64,000 bases of DNA from Octopus sinensis (GCF_006345805.1 NC_043014.1:22382001-22446000); one strand, 5' to 3'; numbered from the stretch's first letter, positions 1 to 16,829 are shown. Numbers and translations: made by a program. The notes: a model not told the origin generated them from the letters alone.

Positions 1-1689
1 TTCTTCATTTTTCAAATTTGCCAGCATTCCTGTCAGTTATCTCCTTGCTTTTACTACCTTCCTACTACTCTCACATCATTCAATGTTTACATTTCCACCT
101 GCTGTTACTTAAATACTACACTGCCAGTAGTGCCAACACAGATCCTCTCTGATCACTTTCTTCAGCTTCTGGATTTTATCCCTTTGCCTTTATTTTTCAT
201 GGATTCTTTTCTTTCCTTTCCTTGTTCTTCTTTATTTTAGTTTTCATTTCTCCCACTATTCAAATTCTATACCTTTGGTGTTTCAAGAAACATTTCCAAC
301 AAAGGGTTCTGCCCAAAACATTGAACACTACCTCTTCCTCATAACAAACCAATTTATTCCAGTTCGAAATCGCTTATGCTTGTTAATTACTAATACAGAC
401 CATTGTTAGTTTCTTAAGACAAATAGTACTGCATTGTTTTATGCATGGCTACATGCAAATGAGCAGTAGGCTGGATCCTGTGAATTTTTTTAACCAAAGA
501 ATCAAAAGTCACATCAGTCTTGTGAAAAACACTTATATTCTGTCATTTAGATTAATGTCCCCAACTATGGTTCTCTTATAATGTTAAGTTCACTACTGGA
601 AGAAATCCAGTGATCCAAAGGAGATCGCCTCTATACAGCAGTTGTACTACTGAGAGAGGTTGAAATTCACTCCCTGGAGTGAAGAAAAGTCATGCAGTAA
701 CATGTATTTATGTATCATATACAATTTTTTCCAGATTTTTAAATCTATATGTTTGGGGTGTATTCAAGTGCAACACCATATTTAATGTACATGGCTGGAA
801 GTAAGCTATATCTATTGTCCAAGCTAAATAATGTGTAACTTGTCATTGTTTTTTCATTATAATAATAATACCTTTAAGTATGTCCATATCGGCAGTTGTA
901 TCAATCAATGTCTAATTAAATATGCAAAATTTTTCTCATAAGTTTTGATATCAAGTAATCATAATAAAATTGACATTAATAGCATTAAAACACAGATTTT
1001 GTTTCTGAAGTAATTTGTACTGTAAATTCATACTATATATGTATGATATCTACACAGTTTATATGTCCTTCTTGATTACATTTTTAATATTGAATTGAAT
1101 ATTTGAAATATGTTTTTTCACTGCCTGAAAATTTAAAATACTGTTTCAATGTACTTACTGTCCTTAAAAAATTATTGAAAAATGAAAGACAAATTTTTTT
1201 CACAGTGGCATGATATTAAAAGAAAAATCAGTGCATATTATACATGAAAGATTTTGTTTGTTTGTTTTTTGGAATTTCTTAGCCCATAATTTGTGCTGCA
1301 CACTATATATGTATGCATATTATACAAATGTATACAGTAATTTATATCTAAATAATCTTGGAAATACTGACAGCCAATTTCCTCTGCTGTTTTATGTATC
1401 AGATGAAGAAGGATCACAATAAGTATTGACACATTGTGCTGAAGGAAACCTATCTGTTACTCATGTGCTCTTAATACTTATTGCCTCTGTGCAACTGCAG
1501 CATGTAAAGTCTTCCTCCTCTGTAAGCCAACCTGTAATTCAACTACACTTTTTGTGTCTATACACTGTAAATGGTCATTTCTATGATGGTAGAGTTCTGC
1601 TTTCTCTCCTAAAGTTGGGCTTTAGTCTTTGTTAAGTTTACTTCAATGCCTATCAATTCTAAGTTTTGTTCCTATATATATGTGAATAA

Positions 1690-2676
1690 AAGCTATGGAC
1701 ACATAAGAGGTGCAGCAATATCAGAGGAGGGTTAACAGTGAAAATAGCTTTTGTGTGTGGAAGATGCACAGGTACAATAAACATCAAAAATGTACAGAAA
1801 ATAGACTCCATCAATTGCCATGGGTACAAGCCAGAGATAGTAGACAGCTTCCGTTATCTAGGTGACCAAGTTAGTAGCGGAGTTGGATGTTCCAAGAGCA
1901 TAGCTGTGAGAATATGACTAGGCTGGGTAAAGTTCAGAGAGCTCCTACCTCTTCTGGCAACATAGGGCCTCTCCCTCAGAGTGAAATGCAGATTGTATGA
2001 TGCCTGTGTACAAACAGCTATGCTACACGGCAGTGAAACAAGGGATGTGACAGCTGAGGATATGCATATGCTTGAAAGAAATGAAGCCAGTATGCTTCAC
2101 TGGATGTGCAATGTCAGTGTGCATGTTTGATAGAGTGTAAGCATCTTGAGAGAAAAGTTGGGCATAATTGGCATCACATGTAGCAAGCAAGAGAGACAAC
2201 AGAGCTGGTATGGCCATGTGGTGCATATGAACAAGGACAGCTGTGTAAAGAAGTGCCAGTCTTTAACTGTGGAGGGAACCTGTAGAAGAGGTAGACTCAA
2301 GAAGGGTATTTGGCCTCACATAGACAAAGTGGCTGATGTTGGTGGCACGTGAAAAGCACCATTCAAATGTTGGGCCTCTCAGAGGCAATGACAGACCTTT
2401 GGCATTATGTTGTGCTTGAGAAGAAGACCTATTAAGCCAAGTAAAATTGCAGTCATGGCAGATATTGGTGTCATGCAAATGGCTTCTGTGTCATTAACAT
2501 GTAAAAGCACCCATTACACTCTCAGAGTGGTTGGCATTAGGAAGGGCAACCAGCTGCAGAACCCATGCCAAATGAGACTGGAGTCTGGTGCAGCCTTCCA
2601 GCTTGCCAGCCCTGGTCAAACTGTCCAACCCATGCCAGCATGGACAAAGAATATTAAATGATTATGATGATGATGA
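1690..2676 (+). mobile_element. 5'-truncated RTE-clade LINE (PHD insert, RT thumb region, 3' UTR ending in (TGA)n)
   Basis: Translates to KLWTHKRCS...VCGRC, DSFRYLGD, LYDACVQTAMLHGSET and WYGHV, with stops. Tail ccatgccagcatgg...aaatgattatgatgatga. Confidence 0.85.
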
Positions 2677-2948
2677 TATATATATATATATATATATAAA
2701 GGTGGATGTTAAAATGATGGTGATGTAGACATTTATATTGCATTGTTTTCATGTTAGCACTAACCACTATGTGAAGCAAGAGGTGGAATTTCTCAGTCTA
2801 ATTGGTTTTCTTTCTTTCTTTTTGCTGTTCTCCACTTGACTATGCTTTCATACACACATGCATACACAGTTTAATGTAGAATGAATCTGTATTTTTAGAA
2901 TTGCTGTTGAAAGATTGTATTTAACCATCATTATTTTTATTTGCATGA

Positions 2949-4373
<1,425 letters not shown>

Positions 4374-4573
4374 TAAGCTTGTTTTATTTTTTAAATCAAT
4401 AATATCACTGAACTATTTTTCATAGCTTGATATATACTTGGTAATGAGTATGTGGGTGTGAAAATATATAATATAATTAAATATATAACATAAGTTATAT
4501 GATTAATTAATAATATAGGTGTGTATGTGTTTGTGTATGTCCATATATATTATGTGTGTGTGTGTTGTGTATG

Positions 4574-4620
<47 letters not shown>

Positions 4621-4621
<1 letters not shown>

Positions 4622-6850
4622 TGATAAAACCGTAAGATAACAAAAGAAAGAAAGAGACCTCAATATTATGTAAATAGAGGAAATTTATCTATACAATTAT
4701 ATGTTACATTACTCGATAGTCAAGATAAAACTCTGAGTTTCAGATGCCGAAGTGGGAATCCACGACATCTCTTCGGTTATCTGGCTATTTGAAAGTGCTA
4801 TGAAAAAATACCGTTATACAAAGGGAAATTACTGTTATAACTCTGCTTGCCTGCGTACTTATACATCGCTCGCATTTTTCGCCATAAAAATTATATAAAA
4901 ATACATAAAAAATATATAATAATATATAAAATCTTCTTGGGACATAACATAGAAAGCATGTTCTATCTGTTTTCTTTAGGGGACCAAAAACGTAACAGAA
5001 ATTTAGTCACTTGTGGGCATGATCCGAAAAGTTCTGTCCTTGTGTTTAGACATGTAGTAGGGTCTAAGCCATCTCTCCATGTCGCATAGACCGCACCTTC
5101 CACTGCCGTTGGTATAGGGCTTACATCTGGCCAAAATCTTCCAATGTATGTTATAACCAACACCTTTATCTCTTAAAGACCAAATATGATTAGATAATTG
5201 TGTCGCTTTTGTTTTGTTCCAGTGCCTAAAGCTCAAAGTGTGGTTATTGAACCTGGCCTTGAAGTTACCCTCTGTAAGGCCCACGTATTTCTTCGTCGAA
5301 ACGGTGTCTTTAGTGGTTATAGAGTTTACCGTAGCTTCATATATGATGGTCTTGGACATGCAAGCTCCATTTAGCGGGCACAATTCTTTATTCCTGCATG
5401 AACAGCTGTTCTTGTCGTGTTTTTTGTATGTTATGTTTGATTATGTTTTTAAAATTTGTAGTGGAACTAAAACTAATTTTTAAATTGTGTCTATTGAAGA
5501 GTTTCCTATAAGTATGGTTAACTGGAAAATGTCTGTCTATCAGTGCTAGGAAATATTTACCTATATTGAAGGCCACCTTCCTATTTCTATTATTCCTTTT
5601 CCTTACTGTTGGGCTAGTAATTGGTGTATATTTTATTTTTTCGCTAAAACCACTATCTTTTAAAGCCTTATTATAAACTGGGGCAACGTTATTGAAGATG
5701 TCCTTATCAGAGGAGAGGCTAGAAATCCTCTTACTAATATTTTTAACTAAATTTTTGAATACTATAGGGGGATGGCATGAACCTACATTAATATAACTTA
5801 GTCTATCATTGGGCTTCCTATAAGGCTTATAAATATTCTTAAGATCTAAGGAAACATCTAAGAAATTGACAACCGTCAGGTTAGTATCTATAGTTATACT
5901 AAGTATTTCATTAACTGGATAATATCCTTCCTAAAACGATCTTGTGCTGGTCCATTTGTATTAGCTGTTAAGGCGAGGGCATCATCTTTGTAGATGGCGA
6001 AATGTATGTCAGGGAATGTCTTACCTAAGGTATCTAGGAGATAAAGTCCAATTAGATCGCAGATGCCTGCCCCATCATATGAACCCATGCTCACATCGAA
6101 AGCACTCTCTGTGTCGGTGTTTTTTACCCACTTTGCGTTCTCACTGAAAAGTAAGGTCTTTCTAGCATGGAAGATTATGTCCTTATCATTTGTACTAATT
6201 TCTATGAAGTCGCTAGCGAAGACGAGGGCTTTATCTAGCAGTTCTTTAGAGATATAGGCATAAAAATCAACAATATCGAATTGTGTAAACCTCGCTTTTT
6301 TCTTATTCTTAATGGCTTTAAACCAGTCTACGACTTCTATACTATTGGACCATTGTACTAGCCTAGTATCGGTCTTAATTTTCGCATTTATTTTATCTAA
6401 AATTTCTTTACTAATAATCCCAAGTTCTGACTTGGCTGGGTTGATAAGCCTACATTTAGGGTTGGAAAGGAAGTTTTCTTTGTGATCTTTAATAGTAATA
6501 AAGGCCTCTTTTTGGGGGAGAGCTTCTATTTTTTTATCTAATTTAAGTTTAGCGGCGATGACGCTAGCTTCTTTATTAATTTCGTTATATGTCTGTGCCC
6601 TGGCCTTAGTGTAATTATTAATGATGCTGTTGTGTAAGAGTTGTGTGTATTTGCTGTTATCTACCAGGTATATGTTTTTAGTTTTGTCCGAAAAAAGTGC
6701 TTTTTTCTTGGAGCTTTTTATATGTTTAATATCTTTTTTTCAATTTATGTTGGAAATTGTTAAAAGACTTAGGAAATTTTATTTTGCTCATAATTTTCAG
6801 CAGGTCCGCTTCGAAATCTTCCAAGCCTTTAATCCTGGGAGGGAATTTTT
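4621..6850 (-). mobile_element. Penelope-like retroelement (RT plus C-terminal GIY-YIG endonuclease), probably Naiad clade; frameshifted and 5'-truncated
   Basis: Minus strand reads FSDKTKNIY, KDHKENFLSNPKCRLINPAKSELG, MGSYDGAGICDL, YKDD, CSCRNKELCPLNGAC, IIYEAT...KKYVGLTEGNFKARFNNH, CGLC and LNTRTELFGSCP. Flanked by (TA)n and (GT)n tracts. Confidence 0.9.
4716..4788 (-). ncRNA. Type I hammerhead ribozyme-like fold in the 3' terminal region of the Penelope element
   Basis: Stem I AGAUAA/UUAUCU, core CCGAAGA, stem II GAUGUCG/CGGCAUC, GAAA, palindromic stem III ACUC-A-GAGU, cleavage triplet GUU. Confidence 0.72.
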
Positions 6851-6856
6851 GTGTGT

Positions 6857-6893
<37 letters not shown>

Positions 6894-6962
6894 TATATGT
6901 ATATCCACAAATACTCTGTTGAGAACTGCACTGTCTATAAATATATATATTTCTTTTTCTAA

Positions 6963-7103
<141 letters not shown>

Positions 7104-7504
7104 TAATCATCATTTTAACATCTGTTTTTCCATTGTTGCATGGGTCTCACAGAATTTGTTGTAGATTTTCTACAGCCAGATACCCTTCCTTTCATCAACT
7201 CTCACCTGTTTCCAAGTAAAATTATATTTCCCCATGGCTAGACATGTTTTTCACAGAAGACTGGAAACAAAAAACATCATTAGCATGGCAGTGATGCCTG
7301 CTTACAACCATCACATAATGTCAAAACAAAGGTATATATATAACATGTACAATAAGCTTCTTTCAGTTTCCATGTACCAAATCCACTCACAAAGCTTTGG
7401 CCAGTGCAGGGCTATAGTGTAAAAACTTACCCAAGATGCCATACAATGGGACCAAATTCATAATCACATGATCAAATACATATGTGTGTGTGTGTGTGTG
7501 TGTG

Positions 7505-7536
<32 letters not shown>

Positions 7537-7563
7537 TGTACATATATACATATGTATATATAT

Positions 7564-9605
7564 ATCATCATCGTTTAACATCCGCTTTCCATACTGGCAT
7601 GGGTTGGATGGTTTGACTGAGGATTGGCAAACCAGTAAGCTGCACCATGCTCCAATCTGATCTGGCAAGGTTTCTACAGCTAGATGCCCCTCCTAACGCC
7701 AACCATTCTGAAAGTGTAGTGGGCACAGGAGCCAGTCAGGGAGCACTGGCATTGATCATGTTCGGATGATGCTTTTTACATGCCACCATCATGGGAGCTA
7801 GTCAGGGATCACTGGCATCAGTCATATTCAGACTGTGCTTTTTATGTGTCATTAGCACAGGGAGCCTGTCAAGCAGCACTGGCATCACCCTACACTTGAA
7901 TGGTGCTTATTATGTGCCACCAGCACAGGTGCCAGTCAGGCGGCCCTGACCATGACTACGATTTTGATTTCACTTGACTCAATAGGTCTTCTCAAGCACA
8001 TCACCCAACGATTGAAGGGTACTTTTTAATGGGCTGGTTATGCAACACTGGCATCAGCCATGACTGCAATCTCACTTTATTTGCTTGGGTCTTCTCAGGC
8101 ATGGCATATCTCTGAAGATCTACAAGCCCCAACGTTCAAAAGTCATGCTTCACCACCTCATCCCATGTCTTCTTGGTCTAACTCTTCCACAGGTTCCCTC
8201 CACTGTTAGGGTGTGACACTTCTTCACACAGCTCTCCTTATCCAAATGCATCACAAGACCATACCAGTGCAGTCATCTCTCTTGCACACCACTTTTGATG
8301 CTTTTTATGTCCAACTTTTCTCTCAGGGTGCTTACACTCTGTTGTGTATGCACACTGACATTATACATCCAACGGATTGTACTAGCTTCATTTCTTTCAA
8401 GCCTATGCATGTCCTCAGCAGTCACAGCCCATGTTTCACTTTGAGTGAGAGGCCCTTTGTTACCAGTAGAAGTAAGAGCTCTCTGAACTTTGCCCAGGCT
8501 ATTCTTATTCTAGCTGCTACGCTCTCAGAGCATTTACCCCCACTACAGACTTAGTCACCTAGGTAGCGGAGGCTATCAACAACTACTAGTTTTTTCCCCA
8601 GGCATGTGATGGAATCTGTTTTCTGTACATCTTTGCTGTTTATTGCCCCTGTGCATCTGCCACACACAAAAACTATCTTCCCAGCTAACCTTCCTTTGGT
8701 ATTGCTGCACCTCTTATGTGTCCATAGCTTACACCGGGTACTTCTTATGGAATTTCTACCTATTCCTTTTCTACAGATTGAGCAGGGCTATCTACCTGAG
8801 GGGCTTGTGATTTGTTGCCTTCCTACTTACTAGGACTTTGGTTTTTGCTAGATTGACTCTAAGGCCCTTCAATTCTAAACCTTGCTTTCACACCTGAAAT
8901 TTCACCTCTAGTTCTGGTAGTGACTCAGCTATTAGAGCAAAGTCATCGGCATAGAGAAGCTCCCAGGGGCAGCCTGTCTTGAATTCCTGTGTTATTGCCT
9001 GAGAACTATGATGAATAAGAGGGAGCTGAGGACTGATCCTTGGTGAAACCCTTCTTCCACCCGGAATTCTTCAGTATACTTGTTGCCAACCCTCAACCTT
9101 ACTGACAGCATCTCTGTACAGGGCTTGTACAGCTCTCACCAACCACTTGTCTATCCCTAGTTTCTGCATTGACCACCAGATAAGGAATTGGGGTACCCTG
9201 TCAAAGGCTTTCTCCAAGTAAACAAAAGCCAAGTACAGAGGTTTATCTTTGGCTAAGTATTTCTCCTGCAGTTGCTGTACCAGAAATATAGCATCAGTGG
9301 TGCTTCTACCTGGCACAAAACCAAACTGCATCTCATCTAGGCTAACTCCCTCCCTAATTAGTTGGGCTATGACCCTTTCCGTGATTTTCATCACCGGATC
9401 CAGCAATTTAATACTTCTGTAGCTATTTCTGTCTAAAGCTTCACCTTTACTTTCGTAGCAGTTGACTATGGTGCTACTACACCAGTCATTGGGTATGACT
9501 CCTTCTTGAACTCCCTGACTTATAATATGGGTGACTTGACCATAACCCACACTGCATCTCAGCAGTGACTCTTGATGAGCTGGTGGGGCTTTCCATGTTT
9601 TCATA
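7564..9605 (-). mobile_element. RTE-clade LINE copy (RT core, PHD insert, 3' UTR), decayed
   Basis: ORF 9071-9679 reads YRSIKLLD, QFGFVPGRSTTDAIF and LEKAFDRVP. Further along are GFHQGSVLSSLLF and ELLYADD. The tail is the same as the copy at 1690-2676. Confidence 0.92.
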
Positions 9606-10039
9606 TCTTTAATATATAAAGACAAACTAAAGGACAATTTGAAGTGATGCAACATTCCCTTTTCTTCCTGGAAAAACAAAGCATCAGAACACAGAACCTG
9701 GTGCCAGTCCTGTTTCTGCTCAGTTCAAAGATTTCAGCAAAGTCACTTCAACATGAAGACCAAATTTCGTGCAAGCATGAATACATGCTGGCAAAATGCC
9801 AGTCCTGTAAGTGAAAACTTTACCTGTCATTATGGTTTTGTGGCACAGAGCAAAGCAAGCCTTGATGTCCATTCAAGGAAACACATTGTGAATGATCCAC
9901 AAGCACTCAAGCAAACTGGATCCTCAACTTGTCCCATTTGCAAGGCAGCAAACAGGCCTCAAGAGACACATGCATGTCCATAGGACATAATTACCACTTT
10001 CTTTTACTGAACCATTTTTGTCATTTGCGACGAGAGAAT

Positions 10040-11172
10040 CCATAACCATAGTCTTAATAAGTAGGAAGGTGGACAAATCACAAATCCCTTCAGGTAGATG
10101 GCTCTGCTCCATCTGTAGAAAAGGCATAAGATGTACCTGGTGTAAGCTATGGACACATAAGAGGTGCAGCAATGTCAAAAGAAGGTTAACTGGGAAGATA
10201 GTTTTTGTGTGTGGAAAATGCTCAGGGGCAATAAAGATTGAAAATGTGTAGAAAACAGATTCCATCACATGATAGGGGAAAAAAACTAGTAGTTGATAGC
10301 TTCTGTTACCTAGGTGACCAAGTCAGTAGCAGGGGTGAATGATTTGAGAGTGTAACTTCTAGAATAAGAATAGCTTGGGCAAAGTTCTGCTGGTGACAAA
10401 CAGCTTCTCGCTCAGAGTGAAAGGTAGACTGTATGATGTCTGTGTGCAAACAGCCATGCTACACAGCAGTGAAACATGGTCTGTGACTGCTGAGAACATG
10501 CATAGGCTTGAAAGAAATGAAGCTAGTATGATCTGCTGGATGTGCAATGTCAGTGTGCATGCGCAACAGAGTGTAAGCATCCTGAGAGAAAAGTTAGACA
10601 TCAAATGTGGTGAGCAAGTGAGACGACTGCGCTGGTATGGTCATATGATACGTATGAATGAGGAGAGCTGTGTGAAGAAGTGTAATAGCCTAACAGTGGA
10701 GTGAACCTGTGGAAGAGGTAGATCCAGGAAGACCTGGGATGAGGTGGTGAAGCATGACCTTTGAACGTTGGGGCTTGTAGAGACAATGACAAGCGGTCGA
10801 GATCTTCGGAGATATGCCATGCCTGAGAAGACCCAAGCAAATAAAGTGAGATTGCAGTCATGGCCGATGTCAGTGTTGCATAACTAGCTCATTTAAAAAC
10901 ACCCTTGAATCGTCGAGCAGTATGCTGTGTTTGTGAAGACCTGTTGAACCGAGTAAAATCATAGTTGTGGCTGATGCCAGTGCCACCCAACTGGCTCTTG
11001 TGTCAGTGGCACATAAAAAAACCACCCACTACACTCTTGGAGTAGTTAGCATCTAGCTGTAGAAACCATGCCAAATCAGATTGGAGCCTGGTGCCTCTCA
11101 GCTTGCCAGTCCCCAGTAACCCCCCCCCCAACCTATGCTAGCATGGAAAGCGGATGTTAAATGATGATGATA
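10040..11172 (+). mobile_element. RTE-clade LINE copy (PHD insert, thumb, 3' UTR), inverted relative to 7564-9605
   Basis: ORFs 10018-10251 (CSIC...CTWCKLWTHKRC...CGKC) and 10375-10704 (RRLRWYGHM). Ends gcatggaaagcggatgttaaatgatgatga. Confidence 0.9.
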
Positions 11173-11181
11173 TGAATTATA

Positions 11182-11760
11182 ATCATCATCATCATCATCA
11201 TCGTTGTTTAATGTCCGTATTCCATGCTGGCATGGGTTGGACTGTTTGACTGAGGACTGGCAAGCCAGAAGGCTGTACCCAGGCTCCAATCTGATCTGGC
11301 ATGGTTTCTACAGCTGGATACCCTTTCTAACACCAAGCACTCTGAGAGTATAGTGGGTGCTTTTTATGTACCATCAACATGAGGGCCAGTCAGGCGGTAC
11401 TAGCATCAACCACGCTTGAATGGTGCTTTTTATGTGCCACCAGCACAGGAGTCAGTCAGGTGGCACTGGTAACAGCCACAGTTGAATGGTGCTTATTTAC
11501 ATGCCTCCGGCACAGGACCAGTCAGGCAGCACTGGTATCAACCACACCAAAATGGCGCTTATTACATGCCACCTGCACAGGTGCTAGTCAGGCGGTACTG
11601 GTATTGACCATGACAATGTCTTCACTTGACTCAACAGGTCCTCCTAAGCACAGTTTATTGCCCAATGATTGAAGAGTACTCTTAAATGGGCCGGTTATGC
11701 TGCACTGGCATAAGCCACAGTTACGGCCTCACTTGGCTTACTGGGTCCAAAGGTCTCGGT
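11182..11760 (-). mobile_element. 3' UTR fragment of the same RTE family with internal ~60-66 bp tandem repeats
   Basis: Begins with (ATC)n plus ttccatgctggcatggg. Repeated ccagtcaggcggtactggcatc...tgcttttatgtgccacc units, also present at 7730-7950. Confidence 0.8.
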
Positions 11761-11930
11761 TGCTCAGTATGTTGACGTGTGTATAAGTGTGTACTTGTGT
11801 GTTTATGTTTACATCTCTATGTGTATCTCTCATCATCATCCTGATCGTTGTTTAGTGTCCATATTCCATGCTGTAACATTGTGTTTGTGCCTATGTCTCT
11901 AACCAACTCTTGTTACAACCCTTTTGTTGA

Positions 11931-12143
<213 letters not shown>

Positions 12144-12475
12144 TGAGTCCCCCCCCCGTACACACACACCACTTTCCTCCTTTAACTCTAGTATTTAATC
12201 CAGCCAAAATATTCTACCTGTTTTCTGTTCAAACCAACCAGGTTGGGTCTCTCAGACCTGCCTTACAATGTCATTAAAAAAATATACATCATCAAAATCT
12301 CAAAGATACAAGACAGTACTTGATTAATTCAACACAATGTCAATAAATAAGAATTCTAATATGATTTAATCTGAATTCTAATGAGTTAAACATTATGGTG
12401 GTGAAGGTGTTAGTAGTGATGGAAAGATCTAGAAATTGTTGGGAGAGATGTGGTGGTGAGGTGTTGTGTAAGTAG

Positions 12476-12982
<507 letters not shown>

Positions 12983-14168
12983 TAACCTCTAAAATGGTAC
13001 TCACTTCATGTCCAGGATTGACTTTGATTAGATTAGAGTGTCCTAATCTTTTTTCTTTGGGAGTATCTCTCTGGTCTCTGGGGCAGTACTCACTACCAGT
13101 CATGTTTTATCATTTGCATTGTCTTGAGATTTAGTCTAATTAAATTTGTATGGAACTAGAAGTTCTATATCCATGTAGTTGGTGGATAATCCAACATCTG
13201 AGCCTGACAGCCATTATGACCTACATACACTCACTATTAGGTGATTGTTCATAAGTAACATAATTGAATTTACCATTTACTCTGAGTTAAATTTGAATTA
13301 TGCAAAAATAAGGCTCTAAATTTGAAGTCATACATCATCCAACGATTTCAACAAGCATTCAATTTATTTGATCAACAGAAATATTGAAGTATATCATAGC
13401 ATTCTTATTAAGTTACTTTAAATTTTTTATTATTTTTCTTATTACTTGTCCTACTGTTCATACTACTTGTCCATGTTGGTAGTATGCTTTTATAAATTGA
13501 AAATTTGCTTATTGTTGGAGCAGGTGTTTTTAAAGCTGGGTAGTACTCTTCTTACTGCTAACTACCACTCAACCAAGGAGGATGAGTGGAACCTGTTTGC
13601 CAGCCATTTAGACCCCTTGACAGTTCGAGTTATATTCATTGCCTAAGAACACAACAAATGTAGTGTCGAAGTTCTTAACTTTATTCTCTGTATTGTTGCT
13701 ATTGAGTTATTTATGAGGTAGGAGTATGGAATCTTGCCTTGTAGTTCTGGCAATATATGTCTGTACTGAAATATGAATGCAAAATCATCTGGTCAGTCGT
13801 CCAGTAACCTAAACTCAAACTGATTTATTCATTGCTGTTCTAAGCGTCAACCAAGAATGTTTAATGAATAATCAATCTTTATGTGATCACATTTATGATT
13901 GTGTTTTGATTAATTTTCAAATCACTCAAGAATTTAGAGACATCATGTTTAGAAGATAATGAAACTTTCTTTCCTAAAATTGTGATGCATGATTTTAATT
14001 TAAATGTGAATCCTTTAGAATGTAATGTTTTGTATGATAAAACCAGAGTGAGGTTTCAGATGGATTCACATATACAGAATTAGTACATCCCTGGTTAATT
14101 CATAGATTTGTATTTATTTATTTATTTCAGACTGAATCTTATAATTAAGATTTTATAATAACTTTTAA

Positions 14169-15698
<1,530 letters not shown>

Positions 15699-16829
15699 TA
15701 AAATGTCCATAAAGTGTGAGGGAGTGTGAAAGCCAATGATACTGAAAAATAGCTACAAGTTTGTCTCACAGATTTTGTTTTCAGTTCATTGACAACAAAG
15801 TTTACAGTTAGATTCACAGAACCATTAGAGTGTATTGATTCAATTCTCATTGAGGTTATTTTTGCCTTTCATCTCTCCAGGGTGGATAAATTAAAATACC
15901 AGTACTAGGATCAATTGTATCAGCTAATTCCCATCCTGCAAAATGCTAGTCTTTGCCTAAATTTAAGATGGTTATTATCAATTACAGCAACAGTAGGTTG
16001 ATAGACTGATTAGAGTGCTGGGAAAAATATTAAATACTAATTATTTGAACTCTTTACATTCTGAGTTCAAATCCCACCAGAGTCAACTTTGGCTTTCATC
16101 CTTCCAAAGCCAATAAAATAAAGTATATGTACTGAGGTTGGTGTAATCAACTAAACTCCACACCCCACTCCTCTTAAAATTACTACCCTTCCTGTTAGGT
16201 CAAGCCCTTAACAACTTTCTTTTCAAGTTTGTCTTGAAAAGGAAGATGAGGGTAGAGATGGAAATGCTGCCTCCCAGTAAATTTGTTGAAAGGTAAATGA
16301 GAGGGGTGAGCATGGTTCAAATAAATAGGCTTGCTCTGCACATGTACATGTAAAGTGGAGGAGGACATGTGGGAGGAGGTGCTTGCTTTAGTGTTGAGGT
16401 GACCATAGTTTCTTTTTGTGAGGCTTCTAGTAGCTCTTCCCCACTTTGAGGAAAATTTTCTTTGTTTGAATTTCTTTTTAGCTATCTTATTTACATATCT
16501 TTTTTTCTTTCCCGATGTCCTGTACCATTTGTGATCTTGGTTATTCTAGTGGTTAATAAAGAAATGATTATTACTATTGGTAGAACTGTTAGCACACCAG
16601 GCAGAATGCTTAGTGGCATTCTATCCTTTTGAGGTTGATAAAATAAGTACCAGTTGAACATTGGGGTTGATGTTATTAACTTACCCAACTTCTAAAGTTG
16701 CTGGCCTTGTGCCAAAATTTGAAACCATTATTATTATTATCATCATCTATGATGCTTTTCCTCTGACAGATGTTATACCGACACTATACCAAAAGAGTGA
16801 GCTGTATTCAATGGATCATTCTCATTTCA

